NCBI GenBank assembly: GCA_024642665.1
Contig: JAHEAR010000021.1
Location: 453 to 64,452 of the forward strand
Reading direction: 5' to 3'
From: Bacteroidota bacterium
Lineage (GTDB): Bacteria; Bacteroidota; Bacteroidia; Chitinophagales; Saprospiraceae
DNA length: 64,000 bases
Part shown: one piece after another, positions 10,625 to 20,844 of the stretch
Numbering within the stretch: position 1 is the first letter of the stretch
Layout: each line of letters opens with the position of its first letter
The notes under the pieces: model-generated
Seen by the model: only the letters and a program-made list of their open reading frames with translations
What the model was told of the DNA's origin: nothing
Database searches by the model: none
Made by a program: the position numbers and the translations under genes

Positions 10625-12085
10625 ATGGGTGCAGCACCTACATCACCGATCAGAGAACCGTTAGTACAAGGACATAAGACCTACCACCAGATTACGGAAG
10701 ATCTTTGTTCTCCTACGGAGCGGGCGCCAGGCAAAGCATGGACATTAGCTTTTATTGTGGCTTTAATGGCCGCCACCTGGGGAATTGTTAGTATCATCAT
10801 CACCATCTGGGTCGGTATTGGCACATGGAGATTGAACAGAACCATTGGATGGGGATGGGACATTACTAATTTCGTATGGTGGATTGGTATTGGACATGCC
10901 GGTACGCTGATTTCAGCGATCCTGTTACTGTTCCGACAGAAATGGCGTACGGGTGTAAACCGGGCAGCGGAAGCGATGACCATTTTTGCCGTTATTTGTG
11001 CCGCCCTTTTTCCGGCTATTCACGTTGGACGTATTTGGGTGGTATTTTTCTTTTTTCCTTATCCGAATACAAGAGGACCGGTTTGGCCAAACTTTAATTC
11101 ACCACTTCTTTGGGACGTTTTTGCGATCTCTACATACTTTACGGTTTCTTTATTATTTTGGTATACGGGACTCGTTCCGGATTTTGCTACGGTACGAGAC
11201 AGAGCAAAAGGATTCAGGAAAAAAATGTACACCTTTCTTTCTTTTGGATGGACAGGATCAGCAAAACACTGGCAGCGCCATGAATCACTTTCATTGGTAT
11301 TAGCCGGACTTGCGACACCACTTGTACTTTCTGTTCATACGATAGTAAGTTTTGACTTTGCCACCTCTGTTATTCCTGGATGGCACACCACAATTTTCCC
11401 TCCTTACTTTGTGGCAGGAGCGATCTTTTCTGGATTTGCAATGGTGCAGACATTGATGGTAATCACCAGAAAGGTGCTTAACCTTCAAAACTATATTACC
11501 ATAGGACACATAGAATCCATGAACAAGGTGATTCTTGTGACAGGTACTATTGTTGGTGTAGCCTATTTGACGGAGTTATTTATTGCCTGGTATTCCGGGT
11601 ATGTTTATGAGCAGTTTGCATTTTTTAATCGTGCACTCGGTCCTTATTGGTGGTCCTATTTCGGTATGATGACTTGTAATGTGCTTTCTCCTCAGTTGTT
11701 TTGGTCAAAGAAGATCAGAAGAAATGTCACCATGACTTTCTTTATGTCCATATTCGTCAACATTGGAATGTGGTTTGAGCGATTTGTGATTATAGCCACA
11801 ACGCTAGCTCGCGATTATTTACCTTCCAGTTGGAGTTTCTACGTTCCATCTATTGTTGAGATCGGAATCTATGTGGGCACTATCGGAATCTTTTTTGTTT
11901 TCTACCTGGTCTTCGTTCGAGTAGCACCGGTCGTAGCGATCGCCGAGATTAAGCACATCCTGAAGAGTTCAGGAGATCAATATGTAATAACGAATGGTCA
12001 AACTACACTGCATCAAATAGAGCAGGGTGGAACCGCGCTTCAGGTAGCCGGTCATGGCGATTCACATGGAAATGCACATCATTAA
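10625..12085 (+). CDS. actC: alternative complex III subunit ActC (NrfD/PsrC-like quinol-binding membrane subunit)
   Basis: 486-aa polytopic membrane protein in the position after actB. It has a His-rich C-terminal tail (GHGDSHGNAHH). Confidence 0.88.
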   Translation: MGAAPTSPIREPLVQGHKTYHQITEDLCSPTERAPGKAWTLAFIVALMAATWGIVSIIITIWVGIGTWRLNRTIGWGWDITNFVWWIGIGHAGTLISAILLLFRQKWRTGVNRAAEAMTIFAVICAALFPAIHVGRIWVVFFFFPYPNTRGPVWPNFNSPLLWDVFAISTYFTVSLLFWYTGLVPDFATVRDRAKGFRKKMYTFLSFGWTGSAKHWQRHESLSLVLAGLATPLVLSVHTIVSFDFATSVIPGWHTTIFPPYFVAGAIFSGFAMVQTLMVITRKVLNLQNYITIGHIESMNKVILVTGTIVGVAYLTELFIAWYSGYVYEQFAFFNRALGPYWWSYFGMMTCNVLSPQLFWSKKIRRNVTMTFFMSIFVNIGMWFERFVIIATTLARDYLPSSWSFYVPSIVEIGIYVGTIGIFFVFYLVFVRVAPVVAIAEIKHILKSSGDQYVITNGQTTLHQIEQGGTALQVAGHGDSHGNAHH

Positions 12086-12118
12086 TTGATTATTTAAACA
12101 CTGGTGATCCAATAGATC

Positions 12119-12649
12119 ATGAAGCACGGAGAAAAAAATATATTATTCGGATTGTACGATGATGAAGAAGATCTGAAGAAGGCTGTCGTTCAGGCTAATC
12201 AGGATCATCTTGACATCATGGATGTGTTAACACCCTTTCCAGTTCATGGATTGGATCCACTATTAGGTCTTGCTGAATCAAGATTGCATATAGCGGGATT
12301 TGTATTTGGACTGACTGGGACCTTAACGGCGTTCTTAGGAATGACCTGGATATTTACAAGAGACTGGCCTAATATTTTTGGTGGGAAGCCCTACTGGCCA
12401 ATACTATCCTTTGTTCCGATTTCATTTGAGTTGACAGTACTATTTGCTTCCATCGGAATGGTGGTTACGTTTTACATTGTTAATGGGCAAGGACCAGGTA
12501 TTAAAAACCCGGTTATACACCCGCGCATTACAGATGATAAGTTCTGTATCGCATTTAATACTGATCATCTTGGGGATGCTCAGGTGAGTAAACTCAGAAA
12601 TTTTTTCCAACAAACCGGAGCCAGTCTGGTAGAAACGAAGACGATCTGA
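12119..12649 (+). CDS. actD: alternative complex III subunit ActD (DUF3341-type)
   Basis: 176 aa with two central TM helices. The call rests on conserved gene order between actC and actE. Confidence 0.78.
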   Translation: MKHGEKNILFGLYDDEEDLKKAVVQANQDHLDIMDVLTPFPVHGLDPLLGLAESRLHIAGFVFGLTGTLTAFLGMTWIFTRDWPNIFGGKPYWPILSFVPISFELTVLFASIGMVVTFYIVNGQGPGIKNPVIHPRITDDKFCIAFNTDHLGDAQVSKLRNFFQQTGASLVETKTI

Positions 12650-12651
12650 AC

Positions 12652-13536
12652 ATGAGGTATACGATACAATTTTCAATTCTTGCATGCGTAACATTGTTTA
12701 CCGCATGTTCACCCGCCGAGGGTGATCGTACAGGGCATGAATTTATGCCGGATATGGTACATACCACCGGGTATGAAGCAAACCTCTACGATTATTATTA
12801 CTACAACCGATGGGGTACTGAAGCAGAGTACAAACAATTTGTTTCGCCACGCCACAGTGTAAATGGAGCTGTTGCCAGAGGGCAAGTCTCCGTTGCTAAT
12901 GCAGGTGATGCAATGGCCAGAATGCAAGCGATGGAAGCTTTTGAAGGTATGGGCGATGGTAATTTTCCTATGGTTGCAAATGGAAGTGTGCCTTACTACT
13001 ATGGTAATACAGAAGAAGAGCGTACTAGAGCTTCTGAAGAAATTACAAAAAATCCTTTTCCAATTACTGAGAAAGGGCTGGCGCATGGAAAAGAGTTATA
13101 CAATATTTATTGCGGCATTTGCCATGGAGAAAAAGCAGATGGTCTGGGTTATCTGGTAAGAGAAGAGGACCCTGCGAAAGGCATTGTAGCCGGAGTATAT
13201 CCGGCAGCGCCTGCCAACTTTCTGCTAGATACATTTTTGCATTCTTCTGTTGGCCGTTTTTATCATGGTATCATGCATGGTAAAAATGTGATGGGTTCGT
13301 ATGCCGATAAATTGAGCTATGTGGAACGATGGGAAGTGATTCATTATATCCGATCGCTGCAAGCTAAAGCTAAAAAAGCAACGTACTCACCGGAAGAAAA
13401 TACATTAAATAATGAAGCGATCACCTGGGCTGCATTTGAAAAGATGATCCCTCAGAAAATGACTGCTGAAAATAATGGAGGAGAAGGACATGATCACGAG
13501 CCAGCAGAAGATCACCAACATAATAATGAACATTAA
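12652..13536 (+). CDS. actE: alternative complex III subunit ActE (monoheme cytochrome c lipoprotein)
   Basis: Single CGICH heme motif and a lipobox-like LFTAC. The C-terminal tail is His-rich (GHDHEPAEDHQHNNEH). Confidence 0.8.
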   Translation: MRYTIQFSILACVTLFTACSPAEGDRTGHEFMPDMVHTTGYEANLYDYYYYNRWGTEAEYKQFVSPRHSVNGAVARGQVSVANAGDAMARMQAMEAFEGMGDGNFPMVANGSVPYYYGNTEEERTRASEEITKNPFPITEKGLAHGKELYNIYCGICHGEKADGLGYLVREEDPAKGIVAGVYPAAPANFLLDTFLHSSVGRFYHGIMHGKNVMGSYADKLSYVERWEVIHYIRSLQAKAKKATYSPEENTLNNEAITWAAFEKMIPQKMTAENNGGEGHDHEPAEDHQHNNEH

Positions 13537-13539
13537 TCA

Positions 13540-14811
13540 TTGACCGAATCGACTACAACAGATATGAATCAGTTTATATTCGAAACAAGACAGAAAACAA
13601 TACTTGGCCTGATGATGCTGGTCGGTATATTTTCATTGGTCGCCACGTATATTGGGGATGATCATTTCCATACCCGATTTTGGTCTAACGTACTGCACAA
13701 TTCTGTATTTTTTACAGGGGTAGCACTGATGGCTTTATTTCTTCTGGCAGCTAAAATTACAGCGTGGTCAGGCTGGCATACCATTTTTAAAAGAGTTTGG
13801 GAAGCCTATTCCTTATTTCTGGTGGTAGGACTGGTCCTGATCATGATCATCGCTTTAGGTATTTGGGGTGGATGGCACCACTTATACCACTGGGCAGATA
13901 TTAAGTCCGTAGAGTCAGATGTAATCTTAACAGGGAAGAGTTCATTTTTGAATAAAAACTGGTACACCTTCGGCAGTTTATTATTTGTTGGGTTATGGGT
14001 GTTTTTTGCCATTCGTATTCGCCAGCTTTCTGTGGATGAGGATATAAATGGAGACAGCAATTTTACCCATGCCCGTAAAATGAGAGTACTTGGTGCAGCA
14101 GCACTTCCGGTGATTGGATTTACCAGTGCTGCGTTGATCTGGCAATGGGTGATGTCTGTGGATGCACACTGGTACAGTACACTTTTTGCCTGGTATGCTT
14201 CTGCGAGCATGATGGTGACGATGATAGCCCTGACGATTATTACGTTAATCATGCTAAAGGTGAGAGGATATTTCCCGCTAGTCAATATTGAGCACTTGCA
14301 TGACTTAGGGAAGTATATGTTTGCATTTAGTATTTTCTGGACGTATTTGTGGTTCTCTCAATATATGTTGATCTGGTATGCTAACATTCCGGAAGAAACG
14401 ATCTATTTCAATACCCGACTACATCAATATCCGGTATTGTTTTACCTCAATATTGGATTAAATTTCGTGCTGCCATTTTTAGTGTTATTGCGCAACGATA
14501 CAAAACGTAAATACGGAACACTCTTGTTTATTTCATGTGTGCTTGTGTTTAGTCACTGGCTGGATTTCTTCCTGATGTTGAAACCTGGAATTATCCACAC
14601 AGCCCATGAATTAGCTGCGGCTGCAGGAGAAGCGGGGCATCATACAGCAGGAGCCACCCCAGGATTTACATTGCCCGGATTTTTGGAAATAGGAACTTTC
14701 ATTGGATTCCTTGGACTTTTCTTCTTTGTTGTGTTCAACAGATTAGAAAAAGCAAGTCTTGTACCATCCAGAGATCCTTACTTAATGGAAAGTGTATCTC
14801 ATCATACCTAA
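13540..14811 (+). CDS. actF: alternative complex III subunit ActF (membrane subunit)
   Basis: 423-aa polytopic membrane protein and the last gene of the act block. It starts at TTG 13540, with an alternative ATG at 13564. Confidence 0.78.
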   Translation: MTESTTTDMNQFIFETRQKTILGLMMLVGIFSLVATYIGDDHFHTRFWSNVLHNSVFFTGVALMALFLLAAKITAWSGWHTIFKRVWEAYSLFLVVGLVLIMIIALGIWGGWHHLYHWADIKSVESDVILTGKSSFLNKNWYTFGSLLFVGLWVFFAIRIRQLSVDEDINGDSNFTHARKMRVLGAAALPVIGFTSAALIWQWVMSVDAHWYSTLFAWYASASMMVTMIALTIITLIMLKVRGYFPLVNIEHLHDLGKYMFAFSIFWTYLWFSQYMLIWYANIPEETIYFNTRLHQYPVLFYLNIGLNFVLPFLVLLRNDTKRKYGTLLFISCVLVFSHWLDFFLMLKPGIIHTAHELAAAAGEAGHHTAGATPGFTLPGFLEIGTFIGFLGLFFFVVFNRLEKASLVPSRDPYLMESVSHHT

Positions 14812-14867
14812 TCGTTTGGTGAGTAATCGATAAACTATTGAATGAAGTATATAAAGCCAGATAGCAA

Positions 14868-16388
14868 ATGACCGCTTTGATTATTGGATTAAGTATTCTG
14901 CTTTTAGTGATTGTAATTTTACAGATCAGTAAACTGACAGATCTATATGCCCGCATCCGTGGGGAAGAGGAGGTGGATGAACGCCTCAATCGCAGTCAGG
15001 GGAATGCGATGATATTATTTATGGTGGGTTTTCTGACGCTTTGTATTATCTCTGCCTATTGGATGAGAAACTATATGCTGGGTTATGGACCTCATAAAGC
15101 CGCTTCCGCTCACGGAAGTACTTTAGATAATCTCTTTAATACCACCTTGTTGTTTACAGGAATTGTCTTTGTGATTACGCACATTGCGCTTTTCTATTTT
15201 TCCTGGAGATACAAAAAGACTAAAACCTCTAAAGCGACTCACTGGTCACATAATAACACGCTTGAAATCGTATGGTCTGCTATTCCTGCAGTGGTCATGA
15301 CTTATCTGGTGATCAAAGGATTGCTGGCATGGAATGCGGTTATGGCAGATATTAAACCAGGAGAGGAGCATATTGAAATTGAGGCTACCGGTTACCAGTT
15401 TGCCTGGCATCTTCGTTATCCCGGGGCTGATGGTGTGATAGGAACAAGAAAGTACACATTGATTTCCGCCAGCAACCCTTTAGGGCAGGACTGGACAGAT
15501 CCGCATAATTATGACGACTTCCATCCGGATGAACTTTGGTTACCGGTCGGAAAAAAAGTACGCGTGCGAATTATCGCGAGAGATGTACTGCATAACTTTT
15601 TTCTGCCTCACTTTAGAGTGAAGATGGATGCCGTACCAGGTCTTCCTACGTATTTCGTATTCACACCTGAAAAAACTACGGAAGATTACCGAAATGAGTT
15701 GCGAAATTATCCTGAATATAATGTACCAAAGGATCCTTCTGATCCGGACAGCAAGATGTTGTGGGAAGAGTTCAATTACGAACTTGCCTGCGCTGAATTG
15801 TGTGGAAAGAGTCATTACAGTATGCGCAGAGTAGTCCGTATTGTTTCTCAGGAAGAATATGATGCATGGTTGGCTAAGCAACAATCATACTATCAAAGCA
15901 CAATCCGTAATACCGATGATGATCCCAACAAAGGGAAATTACTCGGATATGAAATGGATCGAAACAGAGAGGCCTTGAATATGGCAGTGGATAAAGCATT
16001 AGTTGATGCAGGTATTCCTATGACAGCGGAGGAAAAGGCAGCTTTAAGACTTATTCCTCTTGATTATGTTGGCTTTGAAACAGGATCAAGTGTCCTTACC
16101 TCTCAATCTACAAGTCAGATTGATGATTTGGTGGGGATATTAAACAGGTACCCTGATATATCCATTGAGATTGAAGGGCATACAGACAGCACCGGTGAGG
16201 TAGCGGCTAATCAAGTGCTATCACAGGACCGTGCCCAGGTGATTGAAAACTATCTCATTGAGAAAGGCATTGCCCAGGGCAGATTGAAGGCCATTGGTTA
16301 TGGGTCATCTCGACCTATAGATACGAATGATACTGACGAAGGTCGGGCGAAGAATAGAAGAACGCAATTTAGAATTATATCCAACTAA
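14868..16388 (+). CDS. coxB: cytochrome c oxidase subunit II fused to a C-terminal OmpA-like peptidoglycan-binding domain
   Basis: Two N-terminal TM helices and a cupredoxin CuA site (HNFF...CAELCGKSHYSM). The C-terminal ~110 aa match the OmpA_C pattern (GHTDSTG...N..LS..RA..V..YL...G....GYGSSRP...NRRTQF). Confidence 0.9.
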   Translation: MTALIIGLSILLLVIVILQISKLTDLYARIRGEEEVDERLNRSQGNAMILFMVGFLTLCIISAYWMRNYMLGYGPHKAASAHGSTLDNLFNTTLLFTGIVFVITHIALFYFSWRYKKTKTSKATHWSHNNTLEIVWSAIPAVVMTYLVIKGLLAWNAVMADIKPGEEHIEIEATGYQFAWHLRYPGADGVIGTRKYTLISASNPLGQDWTDPHNYDDFHPDELWLPVGKKVRVRIIARDVLHNFFLPHFRVKMDAVPGLPTYFVFTPEKTTEDYRNELRNYPEYNVPKDPSDPDSKMLWEEFNYELACAELCGKSHYSMRRVVRIVSQEEYDAWLAKQQSYYQSTIRNTDDDPNKGKLLGYEMDRNREALNMAVDKALVDAGIPMTAEEKAALRLIPLDYVGFETGSSVLTSQSTSQIDDLVGILNRYPDISIEIEGHTDSTGEVAANQVLSQDRAQVIENYLIEKGIAQGRLKAIGYGSSRPIDTNDTDEGRAKNRRTQFRIISN

Positions 16389-16400
16389 TATTAGACGATT

Positions 16401-18257
16401 ATGTCATCTTCACAGCAGCAGGAAACCGATGTTCTGATTAATGAACAAGGATATGATGATCATTTTCATGAGCATCATCATGGGGATAAGTATCAATCCA
16501 ACTTTATCACCCATTATATCTTTAGTCAGGACCATAAGATCATCGCGCGGCAGTTTCTCGTAACCGGTATTTTCTGGGCGATCATCGGTGCCAGCATGAG
16601 TATTATATTCAGGCTTCAACTGGGGTTTCCGGATGACAGTATGGCCTGGTTGAAGCCCATATTAGGGAAATGGATCACCATCAACGATGCAGGTCACGGA
16701 GCATTAAATCCGGAGTTTTATTATGCATTGGTCACCATGCACGGTACGATTATCGTATTCTTTGTATTGACCGCCGGATTGAGTGGAACATTTGCCAATT
16801 TATTGATTCCCTACCAACTTGGGGCGAGAGATATGGCATCGCCATTTCTTAACATGCTTTCCTATTGGTTTTTCTTTTTAGCAAGCGTGGTGATGTTTAT
16901 CTCCTTGTTTTTAAGTACAGGGCCTTTTGCCGGTGGATGGACAGCCTATCCTCCGCTCAGTGCATTACCGGAGGCAAGCTCCGGTTCAGGAGCCGGTATG
17001 ACATTGTGGCTGGTGAGTCTTACATTTTTCGTAGTCTCGGTGCTTTTGGGAGGTATAAATTATGTAACAACTGTTTTAAACCTGCGAACAAAAGGAATGA
17101 ATCTGTGGCGTATGCCATTGACAGTTTGGGCACTGCTTGTAACGGCAATTCTTGGTATTCTTTCTTTCCCGGTTTTGGTTTCCGGTTTCTTCCTATTGAT
17201 TTTCGACCGAGGGATGGGTACCAGTTTTTACCTGAGTGAGATATTTGTCAACGGTGCGGCCATGCAGAATGTGGGAGGTAGTCCAATTTTATATCAGCAT
17301 TTATTCTGGTTCCTCGGGCATCCGGAGGTATATATTATTATTCTTCCGGCGATGGGTCTGACCAGTGAGGTTTTATCTGTGCATGCGCGCAAACCAATTT
17401 TTGGTTACAAAGCGATGGTGTATTCCATTCTGGCGATTGGATTCTTATCCTTTATCGTTTGGGCCCACCACATGTTTATGTCAGGTGTCAATCCATTTAT
17501 ATCTAATTTCTTTGTTGTCTTTACTTTGATTATCGCTGTTCCTTCTGCGGTCAAAGTGTTCAACTGGATTTCTACCTTGTATAAAGGGAATATCAGATTT
17601 ACGTCTGCAATGCTTTTTGCCATCGGTTTTGTGTCGATGTTTATTTCCGGAGGTCTGACGGGTATATTCCTGGGTAACTCCGCTATTGATATTCAATTAC
17701 ACGATACGTACTTCGTCGTAGCGCACTTTCATATTGTAATGGGTATAGCTGCATTCTTTGGCATGTTTGCCGGAGTGTATCATTGGTTCCCGAGGATGTA
17801 TGGTCGTTTTATGAATGAGACCTTAGGACGAATTCATTTTTGGATGACCATTGTAGGCGCGTATGCTATCTTCTGGCCAATGCACTATATGGGTATGGCG
17901 GGTGTACCCAGACGATATTATCGTTTTGATACTTTTGATGCCTTCGGACATTTTGGGGGTTTAAATGAGTTTATCACCATCGCAGCGATCATTACTTTTT
18001 CAGCGCAACTATTATTTGTGTTCAATTTCTTCTATAGCATTTGGTATGGCAAGAAGATGACTACCAAAAATCCATGGGGTGCAACGACGTTGGAATGGAC
18101 TACACCGATTAAGGCAGGTCATGGTAACTGGCCGGGTAAATTACCAACTGTGCACAGATGGGCATATGATTACAGTAAAGAAGGTGCGGATAAAGATTTT
18201 ATCCAGCAACATTTACCATTAACGGATAAGGAAAAAGCTGAGGAAGCCAATCATTAA
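16401..18257 (+). CDS. ctaD: cytochrome c oxidase subunit I
   Basis: 618-aa heme-copper oxidase subunit I with motifs WFLGHPEVYIIILP, WAHHMF and VAHFHIV. Confidence 0.97.
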   Translation: MSSSQQQETDVLINEQGYDDHFHEHHHGDKYQSNFITHYIFSQDHKIIARQFLVTGIFWAIIGASMSIIFRLQLGFPDDSMAWLKPILGKWITINDAGHGALNPEFYYALVTMHGTIIVFFVLTAGLSGTFANLLIPYQLGARDMASPFLNMLSYWFFFLASVVMFISLFLSTGPFAGGWTAYPPLSALPEASSGSGAGMTLWLVSLTFFVVSVLLGGINYVTTVLNLRTKGMNLWRMPLTVWALLVTAILGILSFPVLVSGFFLLIFDRGMGTSFYLSEIFVNGAAMQNVGGSPILYQHLFWFLGHPEVYIIILPAMGLTSEVLSVHARKPIFGYKAMVYSILAIGFLSFIVWAHHMFMSGVNPFISNFFVVFTLIIAVPSAVKVFNWISTLYKGNIRFTSAMLFAIGFVSMFISGGLTGIFLGNSAIDIQLHDTYFVVAHFHIVMGIAAFFGMFAGVYHWFPRMYGRFMNETLGRIHFWMTIVGAYAIFWPMHYMGMAGVPRRYYRFDTFDAFGHFGGLNEFITIAAIITFSAQLLFVFNFFYSIWYGKKMTTKNPWGATTLEWTTPIKAGHGNWPGKLPTVHRWAYDYSKEGADKDFIQQHLPLTDKEKAEEANH

Positions 18258-19156
18258 TGAAAGCAAAAGCACCGGCACAGGTTAGAACGGCATCTATTAC
18301 GCTTAAGGATTGGGTCCAGGACTTTGGTCTTCTGGTCAAGTTCCGCCTAAGCACGTTTGTTGTATTCTCCTCATTGGTGGCCTACAGCATTGCTGCGGGA
18401 AGTGCATTTGCAACAGGCCCTTTTCTTGTCCTTTTAGCAGGTGGGTATCTGATCACATTTGCCGCCAATATTTTTAATGAAATTTTGGAAGCGGACTATG
18501 ATCGCGTCATGGAGCGCACATCCAACCGACCTTTGGCTGCGCAACGCTGGACCGCTTCTTCTGCTTTAGTTTTGGCAGGTTTGTTTTCAATACTTGGCAT
18601 TGTTCTGCTGGCTTTGTTAAATCCTTTGACATCCTTTATTGGTACGTTGTCATTGGTGACCTACGCCTTCCTATATACCCCATTAAAGCGTTATAGTCCA
18701 ATATCAGTTGTTGTAGGGGCAATTCCCGGTGCACTACCTGTATTGATTGGAATGATTGCACATGATGGAGTGCTGACATCTGCAGCATTATTTCTCTTTG
18801 CAATTCAGTTCATTTGGCAATTTCCGCACTTCTGGGCTATTGGATTTTTATCGTATGACCAATATCAGAAAGCTGGGTATAAGTTATTGCCGGAAGAAAA
18901 TAATACTATTGATCGAAGACTTGGATCTCAAACATTAATATACACATGTTTGCTTTTGCCAGTCATTGCGATCGGTTTTTTCATGGGACTAATAACACTG
19001 GTAGGAACAATAGGTTTGACTTTAGTGTCGGGATATTTCATTTGGAAGGCCTGGCAGTTTTATATGCGTTTTGATAAAATCAGCGCCAGAGCGTTGATGT
19101 TTTCATCTTTCATATTCCTTCCGTTGGCACTTTTTGCCCTTTGGTGGGGTATGTAA
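18257..19156 (+). CDS. cyoE: protoheme IX farnesyltransferase (heme O synthase)
   Basis: 299-aa UbiA-superfamily membrane protein with motif NIFNEILEADYDRVMERTSNRPL. It has a TAATG overlap with ctaD. Confidence 0.92.
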   Translation: MKAKAPAQVRTASITLKDWVQDFGLLVKFRLSTFVVFSSLVAYSIAAGSAFATGPFLVLLAGGYLITFAANIFNEILEADYDRVMERTSNRPLAAQRWTASSALVLAGLFSILGIVLLALLNPLTSFIGTLSLVTYAFLYTPLKRYSPISVVVGAIPGALPVLIGMIAHDGVLTSAALFLFAIQFIWQFPHFWAIGFLSYDQYQKAGYKLLPEENNTIDRRLGSQTLIYTCLLLPVIAIGFFMGLITLVGTIGLTLVSGYFIWKAWQFYMRFDKISARALMFSSFIFLPLALFALWWGM

Positions 19157-19182
19157 ATAATTAATCACAAGTATTGATAGGA

Positions 19183-19761
19183 ATGAGCAATAGCGGTATT
19201 ATAGAACATAAAGTAAAACGGGGAATTCATCCTCCGCTCTTTGCGTTATGGGCAGCTATGGCAAGCATCGTGATGATGTTTGGCTCATTGACCAGTGCTT
19301 ATATAGTTCGCCAGGCGGCAGGCAACTGGCTGGAATTCAGAATGCCGGATATATTTTTTTACAGCACGATTACGATACTGATCAGTAGTGTGACCTTGCA
19401 TACCAGTTATTGGGCGTTCCGCAATGGCAGAAAAAATTTGTACAGATTATTTTTACCGGTAACCCTTATATTGGGTATTGCTTTTGTGGTGATGCAATAT
19501 CAGGGTTGGCAGGCATTATATGATATTGGTGTAGCCTTGGATGGCAATCCCGGAGGATCATTCTTTTATTTGATTTCCGGAGTTCATGCTGCACATGTGG
19601 TTGGAGGGCTTTTTGCGCTCATCGTAGCCGCCATTTATGCATTTACATTACCATATAACTATACTGAAAAGAGAAGAAGGAGATTTCAATTAGTGCTCCA
19701 TTACTGGCACTTCGTTGATATCTTATGGGTATATCTTTTTTTATTCTTATTGATCCAATGA
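19183..19761 (+). CDS. cytochrome c oxidase subunit III family protein (short form)
   Basis: Five TM helices and the C-terminal motif HYWHFVDILWVYLF. I prefer the ATG at 19183 over the TTG at 19174 in the ORF track. Confidence 0.8.
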   Translation: MSNSGIIEHKVKRGIHPPLFALWAAMASIVMMFGSLTSAYIVRQAAGNWLEFRMPDIFFYSTITILISSVTLHTSYWAFRNGRKNLYRLFLPVTLILGIAFVVMQYQGWQALYDIGVALDGNPGGSFFYLISGVHAAHVVGGLFALIVAAIYAFTLPYNYTEKRRRRFQLVLHYWHFVDILWVYLFLFLLIQ

Positions 19762-19776
19762 TATATTTTTAGATAG

Positions 19777-20790
19777 ATGAATACAGATACCACAGACATT
19801 AAACATACGGACCACGATACCACGGCCAATGGAAGTTGGGAAGGTGCAGCGTTTCCTTTTAAGGTAGGTTATGGCAAACTAATGATCTGGTACTTCTTGT
19901 TATCAGATGCGTTTACATTTGCCGGATTCCTGATCGCATATGGTACGCTTCGATTCAGTATGCCAAGCTGGCCCGTTCCGGATTATGTATTTAGTACATT
20001 CCCGTTTCTCGAAGGACACCATCCGTTGCTATTCGTAACGTTTATGACTTTTGTCCTTCTCTTTAGTTCATTTACGATGATTAGAGCGGTACAGGAAGGA
20101 CACCGTGAGAATAGAAGAGGTGTTGCTATCTGGATGGGACTGACGATCATTGGCGGATTGGGATTCCTTGGCTGTCAGGCCTGGGAGTGGACTACCCTGA
20201 TAGGGGGTGAGCATATGAGTCTCACGACCAATCCATTTGGTACGCACACAGAATCAGGGGTTTATTTGAATACAGACGGTACGCCATCTGAGGAGACTTT
20301 TCATGCGGGCTCAACTTATCTGATTCACAGAATGCATCTGGCAGATGCACATGAGGTTGCAGATGCACATGAAAGTGATCATGGGGCATCCCATGAGGTT
20401 GCAGGTGCAGAGGCGCATGATGCCGGTCACGAAGATGCACATGGTGGACATAGCTATGCGGGAGCAGGAGATTATCCCGATGCGATAGTTGATGAAAGAG
20501 GCTATATCCACAGGAAGTTTATTCCTTCTGAAGGTGAAAATGCCGGTAAAACAATACATGAAGCATTTGGACCAAAAGCATTTGGAGCTTTATTCTTCTT
20601 CATTACCGGATTTCACGGATTTCACGTTTTTTCAGGCGTCGCTTTTCTTCTGATTATTTTGATAAATGTATTGAGTGGACTTTACGTTGCACGAAAGAAT
20701 GGAAATGAAATGGTTGAGAAAATTGGACTTTATTGGCACTTTGTGGATTTAGTCTGGGTATTTGTTTTTCTTGTTTTTTATCTGCTATAA
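19777..20790 (+). CDS. cytochrome c oxidase subunit III family protein with large His/Asp/Ala-rich loop insertion
   Basis: Subunit III motifs are present (GFHGFHVFSGV, LYWHFVDLVWVFVF). The internal segment HRMHLADAHEVADAHESDHGASHEVAGAEAHDAGHEDAHGGH has 10 His in 42 residues. Confidence 0.85.
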   Translation: MNTDTTDIKHTDHDTTANGSWEGAAFPFKVGYGKLMIWYFLLSDAFTFAGFLIAYGTLRFSMPSWPVPDYVFSTFPFLEGHHPLLFVTFMTFVLLFSSFTMIRAVQEGHRENRRGVAIWMGLTIIGGLGFLGCQAWEWTTLIGGEHMSLTTNPFGTHTESGVYLNTDGTPSEETFHAGSTYLIHRMHLADAHEVADAHESDHGASHEVAGAEAHDAGHEDAHGGHSYAGAGDYPDAIVDERGYIHRKFIPSEGENAGKTIHEAFGPKAFGALFFFITGFHGFHVFSGVAFLLIILINVLSGLYVARKNGNEMVEKIGLYWHFVDLVWVFVFLVFYLL

Positions 20791-20844
20791 AACAGTTTAA
20801 AGCATAAGCATTCCACCAAAAAATATTGATTAAAAAAAGCATCG

